DNA from: Nymphaea colorata
Lineage: Eukaryota
Direction: 5' to 3'
DNA: 64,000 nucleotides
Assembly: GCF_008831285.2 (NCBI RefSeq)
Contig: NC_045138.2
Location: 30,752,001-30,816,000 of the forward strand
Below are positions 55,319 to 64,000 of this stretch, piece after piece; the first letter of the stretch is position 1; every line of letters begins with the position of its first letter. The notes under the pieces are model-generated. The model was not told where the DNA came from and searched no databases. It saw nothing but the letters and a program-made list of their open reading frames with translations. The position numbers were made by a program, and so were the translations under genes.

Positions 55319-58300
55319 ACAAAGGCACAAAGATCTTGCTTTAGGGGCTACCAAATCTTACAAAGCAATCTTCAATTTAAAAGATTAGGTACTCATGGCA
55401 AGTTTAACAAATAATTATATGGTTAGCCTTTATATTTGCAAAGATAGAAGTGAAACCATTTCTCAGAAAGTTATTATTGTTTTTTCCTAAAATAAATCCA
55501 TGGTTATCCGGTCAAGGAAATGATCCTAAGCCAAACAAAATAAAGGGACCTTGCGTTAAACATTACCCATCCAAATCATTTCCCTGTGGCAGCACTATTT
55601 GGATGAATACTCGAGATGGTTCTTCATCAAGAGCCTTCGTGAAGACAGGTGTTGTCATTTTGAACTTTTCACTTGAAGCATTCTTGCCAAATATATACCT
55701 AAAACAAGTGTATGAAGTTAAAACGAAAAAAATCAAAAGACAAATAAAAAAGTTTTTTTACCATTGATAAGCAGCTCAGTGGAGACTAATACCCAGCAAC
55801 ATTATTGAAACCGACAGAACCTGAGAGCTTGTCCACTTTTGTCTCCACCACAAGAAACGATTCGTACTTCCTTATCTGTAGGCAAGTGACAATGCCATTG
55901 TCACTATGGAGTGTTGGTACACTAAGTAACCGATAATAGACGGAGGAGAGCTGAACTCGGTTGTGCAAATGAACTTACAGGCATAGTACCTTTATTATGA
56001 GGATGACACATTTCGTCAATAACAACAGTAATTGGAGTGAAAAAGATAAAACCAGAGAATGACCTGCAACATTCTAAAAGGGAAAGAGGCTCGCCTATAG
56101 TATCTTCCAACTAATGCAAAGCATGAGGTTGTCCATTCCAATATATACGTGAATTTCTATTAGCAATACGCATAAATAGAAGTGTACCTATAACCATGAA
56201 AAATATAGCAGAATGACGAAGATCTTAGACAACAAAGAATTGATGTTAGGATCTGTTGGAGAAACTCCAGTCTCGATACACCAGGAAATGTGTTTTGGAC
56301 ATTCTGGATATTACTTTGGGTAGTAAGTTGTCGACACTTCCATGTCATGATTTGACATGCTCTGTGTTAAAGGACATTAAATTCCTACTTTCCTATCCAA
56401 GAAGGTTGTTTGAAAAGATAGGAAATAGAAGCCACAATTTATATTTGATACCTGTAAGTAACACATACCTCATAATCTGCAGTTCTTTTCAACACCTGGT
56501 ACTTGGGAGATTCTAGATCTGGTGTCTTGTATATCCTCAACTGAAGAAAAATAGCAAATTTGTACAAGCTTGATTTGCTCTTTCAGCACATGCATAAGGG
56601 TTTCTAAATGAAGTACAAACGGATTAAATAAATAGGCAAGCCTACCACTCTGAGAAGTAAATTACCTGCTTGATGAAATCAACTAAACCTTCCAAGGAAA
56701 AATAGTCATTTTGTTTGATTGAATCCCAAAAATCCTACAAAAAGTAACATGGAGATAGTCAGCAAGAAGAAAATAAAGAAAGACAAGAAACAACAAGAAG
56801 AAATTACAAGTTGCTTGTCTAGTTAGAAAACACAAGCTTACATTTTAATATGCATGCCCAAGCAAGATACTTACGTTGATAACAAGGGGAATTTTTTACT
56901 TAAAAAAAATTCAAATCCATTATCTGCCTTCAAAGAAGCTTTGAAGAAGAAGCCTAAGATGTAAGCTATTTGTAGATGACCAAGTAGCTTCTTTAGCTTT
57001 TTTTCCTTTGATTATAAAGACATGTCCGCCAAAAACAGGCTTAAACTTCACCCAAAATCTATTGAATTTATAAACATGTATCAAGAAGAAGAAGGTAATT
57101 ACAATAGTCAAGCATGACTCTATATGGATCAGGAAACTGATAGAAGCAACATTCAAAACATTTCGTAGCTGTAACCAGATTGCTAATAAGTTGGGACACA
57201 ATCTTGGAGTCAATCATGTTCTCAGTTGGGAGTCATCCTGTGCACCAGGATGTTCTGTAATAATCTGTATCGGAACACTTATGACCTGGCGCCTATGCAT
57301 TTCTAGGCTAGGATTTTGCTAAGGGGTCCAGGGGACAGAGTGGGCCCATGACTGGCCACTAGACAGGTGTTTTGGCATCAGAAAACAAAAATTCATATGT
57401 TGCACGACTGTTGCTATTTCTTTTTCTTCTTTTTTCTATGCAATGGCCAAGCCGAAATCAAATAAGGATGCACAGTCCATATTCTAGGAAAACTTTAATA
57501 CCATGTTAATCAAGAAAATGCAAGATAAAATGGGAAAACCGTTAGAAAATATCTTGTAAGTACAATAGATATATTATACATATGTACCTATGTATGTATG
57601 TTTATCTATATTCATGTGTGTGTGTAGAGGCTTAAAAATACTGCCGCTGAAATAAAGAACAACCAAATGCAGAAAAAAATCCAAAAAACTGAATTTACAT
57701 AGAGGCTTACAAAATGAGATGGAACAGACAAGAAACGGAAATAATAACTTGTGGTGACCAATGGACAAATGTACCATCATCAAGAGAAAAAGCAAATTAT
57801 GTGCTTTTCAGATACTTCACAACTTAAGGAAAGAACGTTTATGGAAGGAAAACTGCAGACAAATCAACAGATGAAGAATCAGTCAATGTAGCAACTTGGT
57901 GCAATAAGACTTTACCACATGGCTAGAAAACTTCCTGGTCAATGGGTTGATGCCCATGACTGAGGTCCCCGTAAAAACCAATTCTGGTTTCCATGGTAGG
58001 AGAGAGAACTTCATTGTCATTGTCCACCTCGTTGTTATCTCATAGGGCCCTGTCTATTCGTAATAAAATGAAACAGCCTGTTATTTAATCTGTAAAATGA
58101 GTGCAAGGTTAAATAAAACACAGTGAAATTTAAAAATGTATTAATCGATGCCTGTTTTGTTTACCTTAAAAAAAATAATCAGCAGAATGGAAACTGTTCA
58201 CAGTTATTGCATTTCTTGTTAAATATTCAATTTTGGTTTTATTACTTTTCCTTAACAATATTATTACCTGCATAATAAGAACTATCCAGAAGGATCGGGC

Positions 58301-59201
58301 TTCCAATTGAACATTGAATTTCTCTAGTCCTTTCTTTCTTATTTTTTTCATCAAAATAGTCTAGCAGTTTTTCCATCGTGTGATTTTCTTCTCTTTGTTC
58401 AATTTCCCTCCCACAATGCATCAATAATTGGTTGTTAACGTTTCCGGATTTAAGGAAAGATACTTTATCAAGGTTGCCAAACCTCCGATTGGTTATCGTT
58501 ACGGTTATTGTTTTGAAGTTTGGACTTTGAAGGCCTATGCTATCCTTCTAGGCAATCAATATTACAAGACGCTTTCTGGCTCTCTATATCTACCTTGTCT
58601 ATATCTACCTCCCTTGGCATCACTCTTCCATTGGTAGCATACACACGCGCGCGCGCGGGGAGTCTTGGAAAAAGAAGAAATGGAGAGAGAACAATGAGCA
58701 GGCAAGTTCAGAAACCTTCGCAAGAAAGAAAGAATTTTCGAGAAAAGCAATGGACAGCAAGAAGAAGAATTTGGTCAGTTAAAGTTGCACCTGCTTAACG
58801 CTGTGCAGCTGGAAGAGAGGCCTGAAGAGGATCCTGAGGAGGCCGATGTTGAAGAGGTACCCATCGATAGTATCGTACTTAGTGATGGGATCTCTAAACA
58901 TCACCTTCTCGTCGTACATCGACCGGTCGATCCCCTGTTCGTCGAACAGGTGGGGCAGGTCCGCATACAAGAAATCCACAAACTCTCCTACGTTAATGGA
59001 GGTCGGAGGAGCCTGCTCCGCCGAACCCAGCCTGACCAGCCACTTGGATTTCCAGCGTCTTCTCAAAACGGGCAGCCCCTTCTTGCCTTCCTGAAAGAAT
59101 TTTGCACGAGTTGGGGTGAAGAATATGGAACCATGATGGTGGTGGTGGTGGGAAGGGAAGAAATTGCAGGTGAATGGCAAGAGTTGCTGGACACAAGCCA
59201 T
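54069..59201 (-). CDS. HBP5: Plastid SOUL haem-binding protein with N-terminal SnoaL-like/DUF2358 domain (HBP5-like), 8 exons, about 387 aa
   Basis: Exons (minus): 59201-58791, 58053-57916, 56734-56666, 56540-56469, 55875-55793, 55698-55567, 54424-54211, 54113-54069; all GT-AG and in frame. Motifs: FLYADLPHLFDEQGID..MFRDPITK, ESPKYQVLKRTADYEIRKY, GFNNVAGYIFGKN, MTTPVFT, AAVKFSG, ARYNDP..RRNEVLIWL. Confidence 0.9.
54569..55106. mobile_element. GC-rich non-autonomous hAT-type element in intron 6 of the SOUL gene
   Basis: Termini TAGGGGTAAGCATCGG / CCGACGCCCAGGCCTA; 8-bp TSD TTGGGCAT (54561-54568) / CTGGGCAT (55107-55114); GGCCC/GGGCC subterminal arrays at both ends; internal GGGGACGGAGGCGGAGAGGGAG repeats. 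Confidence 0.82.
55107..55162. repeat. 28-bp perfect tandem duplication starting at the element's right TSD
   Basis: CTGGGCATTGGGGCCGCAAAGTGTTGTG occurs twice. Confidence 0.9.
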
Positions 59202-60393
59202 TAGCAGAATGGCGGATTATCTTGGGGCCCTGCTCTCCCTTTCTCCTCTCTTTGGGTCGAGTCCCCAGTGGTGGGGGGAGAGAGATAGGAATCACCACAG
59301 CCACCCGCCAATGCTTTCAAGAAATTCAAAGAAGGGGACTTCGGTCTTGGGCGTTATCCACAGATACGTATTCTGAACATGGCGGGGGATGACCCGTCGT
59401 TATGAGTTTTTAGATATGAACTCTACGGATTGACTTCGATCAGAGTTTGTCCTTACTTTCACATCAGAATTCGAATCAGCCTTTTGAATACACAACTAAA
59501 TCCGGACCATATTATGATTGGTTAAGAACCAACTTCCAAAATCCATGGATATTGAGTACAAGATACTTGAAACTTAATCTGATTCTGAACCTGAATTTTA
59601 TCGAATCCAATTCCGAATCTGATCAGATGCCATTTATTATGTTAGAATCTTGTCTTATTTATTAATCAGATGTTAGATTTTTGTTCATATCTAACTCTTT
59701 CGAAACAGTCTGGTCATATATCCAATCCATAAACTGCCGTTAAGAGGAAAAGCAGGGAAAGGGGTGTGCTTTGATCTCCTGATAAAGCTAATTATGAGGC
59801 GGTCCTTGTCGGTTTGATTCACTTGTACGTAGGAGAAAATTTTCCCACGAATTAATAAAAAATTATTTATTCATAACGTTTGCGACACTAGATAACAAGC
59901 TCTACAAGAAGACCAAGAGATGTTTGAAATACATTCGAGCATACATTCTGTCAAGAACTAACGCTTTCATTCTGTTAAGCCATAAAAAGTAATTAAAATA
60001 GTTTTAAAATAATGTTTGATTAAATATCAGACGACGGCCCGATACTTGCAATACAATACGATTTTGAAAGCATTGAGTAAGAATACATGAGAAAAGTTAG
60101 CTTGCACTTGAGGCAGTTTAAAATGAATTTATCAATCAAACAAAAAAAATGATAAGTTAGATTTGAAGCCAGAAAACAAACGTTTTGATTTTCTCTTGTG
60201 AATTTAGCAAGGAAAAATGAGTAATAGATTGTCACCACATCACACCATATCTCAAGGATAACGCAAAATCTGCCTCCGTACCCAAAAGCCCCGCCTTCTG
60301 CAAGGAGGCTGAAGTCCAAGCAGGGTTTAAACCCACCAGATCCATCTGCAAACCCTCATCATTTGACTCCTAAGGCCTCACCAACTCCATGCG

Positions 60394-60764
60394 TTGCATC
60401 AGAAACGGGGGAAATTTCAATCTTTGAGCTCCAGGAATGCTGTTAGGCCCCAGATTTGCAGCGTAGCAGGCGCAAGCGAGGCTTTTGCTGGTGATGGTGG
60501 TAAGGAAATTCAAAAAGCCAACAAATTCTTTGAGTTAGAAATTGTGACACTGAAGAAAGATGATCCCAGTTGGGCAGGTGTTCTTTTTCATCCTCTTCGA
60601 TTATACCATACTCAGACGCCCAAGAAGTGCTTGCGGTGACGGCTGAAGGGAATGGTGAAGAGAGCATTCCATTTTTGAAGACTTGGGTGAACCACCCTAT
60701 GGCTGTTGGATTCATGATTTTTTATGCCAATCATGCAAATGTTATGCCAAAAGAGACCCTTTTG
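60394..60764 (+). pseudogene. Frameshifted fragment of a plastid ATP/ADP transporter (NTT/AATP) 5' coding region, inverted relative to the neighbouring NTT gene
   Basis: Three frames join as KFFELEIVTLKK / MIPVGQVFFFILFDYTILR / EVLAVTAEGNGEESIPFLKTWVNHPMAVGFMIFYANHANVMPKETL. This parallels the conserved NTT N-terminal stretch (TLKKIIPLGLMFFCILFNYTILRDTKDVLVVTA..AEIIPFLKTWVNLPMAIGFMLLY). Frameshifts at about 60559 and 60615; the 5' limit is uncertain and may extend to about 60260. Confidence 0.85.
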
Positions 60765-61632
60765 TTGCTCGGATCTTGCAAATGTTCCGAGGATAGTAGA
60801 ACCAAGGTCGGAAAAAAAGAAAAATCCCAAGCTAATAAATGAAGAAGTTCAAATAGAAGGTCGAGTATGACTCAATGGATTTTTTGGGCACAAGCTCTGT
60901 TGTCGACACTTTATGAATGTCCCAAAAATCTACCTAAAAATCGAGGGAGGTTGATCGAAAGATATTAGAACTATTGTTCCAAACTATTGTTCCATGAACC
61001 AGTTCAAAATTTTGGTGCATATTCATGAGGCGTCACAAAACTATCCCTAAGGGACCGTTTCTAATAGATGTTCCATGAGAATCATAGAATATTCATTCGT
61101 GCTGTATAAACCTACCTTAAATTTGGAGCAAATTCATGAAACACTAACATATTGTTCCTAATGCCAAACAACCCCTAAGTGATTCATGTCCCAAGCTAGT
61201 AACACCCACTCCCTACTTCGTTTTGAATTCCGAGAAGAAAAACAACCGTTACAGGGAAAAACCAACCATACCCGCTGCCGTTATGTGTGGTAAGATGGCT
61301 GGTGGAGGTTATAAACAATCAGCTGCTGTGAACATACAACAAACCTGAAACTAAATGACGAAAAACTAAAACGAACACATGAATAATGAACTAATTCTTT
61401 TCATGCTGAGGCTTCAAATGAATTTCATGCCCCTTCCTCCTAAGACAAGTCAAAATTTTGCTACAGACAAGTAAATACCATTCGTACAAATACAAATCCA
61501 GCACCATATAATTATTTCTTACCAGAGAAGATAAGTACCCGAACCCTGTCTACTTATATTTCTACTATACCAATTCACCACTCCAAAATTTTTTTGCTCG
61601 CCATTAATTCGGAGCCACAATCATCGAACAAG

Positions 61633-63139
61633 TTAACTCTGTTGCCTCTTTGATTCGAATGAGCTGCCAAACCCTTCATCAACAGTTTCTCCAAGGGTAG
61701 ATTCTTCACCAGAAACAGCCTTGTAACCCAGGCCGTTTCCAACCTTAGAATCGTGTGCTTGCTCTACAGGGATGGAACCATTTCCATCGTCCTCTGGTAC
61801 CTGCTTTGCCGCTAATGCCTGCTTCTCAGGAACTGCCTCTGTTTCGTGCAGAAGTTCTTCTTTTGCCAAAACAGAAAATTGTGAATCCAAAGAACGAGCA
61901 GCAGCCAACCAAGCAAGAACAATTACCAACAGTATGCCTCCAAGGTATGGTGTAGAGTTAGCAAGAGAACCAAACGTGAGAATCATAAACTGCTGAATCA
62001 AGGCACCACCAGACTTTCCTAAAGGATTGCAGACAACATCAATTGCAGCTTTCCCTTTAACCTGAAAAAGTGAAGGGAAGAATTGTTAAAAGACATTGAG
62101 CAAAGAGAAAATACATCAGAGGATGTGAGCAACCGGGGAAAGCAAAGAGCAGCAAGCCATCACAGAACACACCTTAGTCTCTTCATCCAATGGTATATAG
62201 GCCATCTCCTTGCAGGGATCAAACAAGCTGTACTTGGAGCTCTTGCTAAAAATGTTTTGCAAGGCACCAACATAGACAGCAGCCAGCAGAGGTGTTAAAC
62301 CAAATGTCCCAAGCATAGGAGCTAGTGGTTCTCCAAATAAAAGAAGAGCAAAGAAACCAACTCCTGTGAGGAGCAAGACAGTGGGTGTAATCATAGCGGC
62401 AACTCCCCATCCATATCTGCGGAGGATCACCCTGCTGAGCAGCATCATTGTGAAAGTAGCAATGCCAGTGCAGGTTGAGAAGTCTCCCATGAAAGATGAG
62501 TACTCGTTCGGGCTAGGATACTGCAAATTTCAGACGAGAGCATATCAAACAGTGAAAATTGCATGAAAGATGGTGTGATCATGACGGAAATAAAAGTTTA
62601 CCTGTGCCTTGAGCTTTGATTTCCAAGTAACCTCAACAAGGTTGATGCTGATGCCATATGCAACAACTAGGGTAGCAAGATCTCTGACATACCTCGAGGA
62701 TAACAAAAATTTCATGCTCTCCATCATACCCAACTTGCGTTTTTCCTGCAATGTCCAAAAACCAACATGCTGAATCGTCTCCAGGCTATGGGTTGCTTGG
62801 GGGGAGGGGGGGTGGGGAGGGAGGAGGAGGGATTGACTAAAGCATGAGTAGTAGCAGGAAAAGGCCTACCTTCTTCTTACGGGGAGCAGGTTTGGGAAGG
62901 GATGGGTCAGTTAGAACAAAAGTGTTCACTGCCCAGTAGATCCCACATATTGTAAGGCCCAACAGCACTACAATTCCCATCATTCCTTTCAGAGAGAGAG
63001 CCCAGCCATCAACTCCTGGGGGTAAATTCTTGCGGAGATTTGAAAAGTACTTAACAGTTCGACCAGAGAAAACAAGAGCAACATTTGCTCCAAGTCCAAA
63101 CAGTGGGTAAAACTGTTTTGCTTCATCGACAGTAGTAAT
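61633..63139 (-). CDS. AATP1: Plastidic ATP/ADP transporter (NTT/AATP, TLC family); last four exons, 5' part beyond the window end
   Basis: Exons (minus): 63139-62870, 62745-62602, 62520-62173, 62061-61633; GT-AG, phase 0. Motifs: ITTVDEAKQFYPLFGLGANVAL, YGISINLVEVTWKSKLKAQYPSPNEYSSFMGDFS, KYSLFDPCKEMAYIPLD, KGKAAIDVVCNPLGKSGG. Confidence 0.94.
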
Positions 63140-64000
63140 CTGAAATTCATAAGGCAGACAAGCTTACAATAAAAAAAACTATATAAATGGCAAAAATATC
63201 AATCCCCAGATTACCTTTAGCAGCCTCAACAGCATTCTATATAAATTAAGCTGAAGATATAAAGTTGAAAAAAGAATACACAGAACCAGTAGCTGTGACA
63301 ATGTAAGATCATAATTTCATGAACATTTTCATTGGCACAGAAAGCGGAGGACCTAGAACTATGATCCAGTGAAATTCCCCAGAATATTAGAAAACCTACC
63401 CATTGAATCTACATGGCTGACAAGCTAAAGCAAAGAATGTTGATCTTCAGAGAATGCAACAGATCATTTCTTACACTTATTTTTATTTTTAATTTTCATT
63501 GTTCACTTCATTCCATATTTTTTGCTTTCCAAGGCTCACTTAGATGATAAAGTCATTAAGTAGTTAATGATGCACTTGATTCATCACTGGCTCCAACAGT
63601 TCCCAAGCAGTGTAAGACCTCCTAGGTGATATGGGCATTCAGGGATGCCGGAATGCAGTATAGAATCATACGGAAATTAGTAGAAAGTGAAGGCATGAAA
63701 ATCTCATAAACTCACCGAACAGCTTAATTTCTGACTTATACCTCTGTATGCTGTGTTACCCAACTTTTCTCAGTACACATGCATACAAAGTACAAACTAT
63801 CAACATCCAACCTAATATAAACTCCACTAGTAGGCAGACCCCTTGTACCTGAACTAAACTAGTGCCATCAGTCAATCATTTCCTGAAAATCTTGACAAGA
63901 CAAACAAAAGCAAGAGAATCTCTCAACTCAACAGATAGAGTAGAAAGGGCACAAAGGAAGAAGTTGTAGGACAGTAGTAGCAAAAACAGGAACATTTCGG

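Noticed and set aside
54388..55388. Six overlapping 118-199 aa ORFs on both strands
   Set aside because: They come from the GC-rich, stop-poor transposon and microsatellites in a SOUL intron; low-complexity G/R/P translations with no recognisable domain.

Overview
Plant (angiosperm) nuclear genomic DNA, AT-rich and intron-rich, with many small transposon relics. It contains five protein-coding genes: (1) a DPH4-like DnaJ/CSL-zinc-finger gene (+, 2878-3402), downstream of a decayed hAT transposase; (2) a 3-ketoacyl-CoA synthase with an intronless CDS (-, 10560-12095); (3) cohesin subunit SMC3, reconstructed by hand as 28 coding exons (+, 24168-52426; 3615 nt, 1204 aa); (4) a plastid SOUL haem-binding protein, HBP5-like (-, 8 exons, 54069-59201); (5) the 3' four exons of a plastid ATP/ADP transporter, NTT/AATP (-, 61633-63139, 5' part outside the window). 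The most notable observations are: SMC3 stays in frame only if 5 of its 27 coding-region introns are non-canonical (one U12 AT-AC, one U12-type GT-AG, three GC-AG); SMC3 intron 14 holds a decayed Ty1/copia element whose 3' LTR is replaced by a perfect 90-bp inverted repeat; and a frameshifted, inverted copy of NTT 5' coding sequence lies just downstream of the NTT gene and is split across frames in the ORF track. I see no convincing evidence of a wholly new multi-gene system. All family assignments are from recognition of motifs, not database searches.
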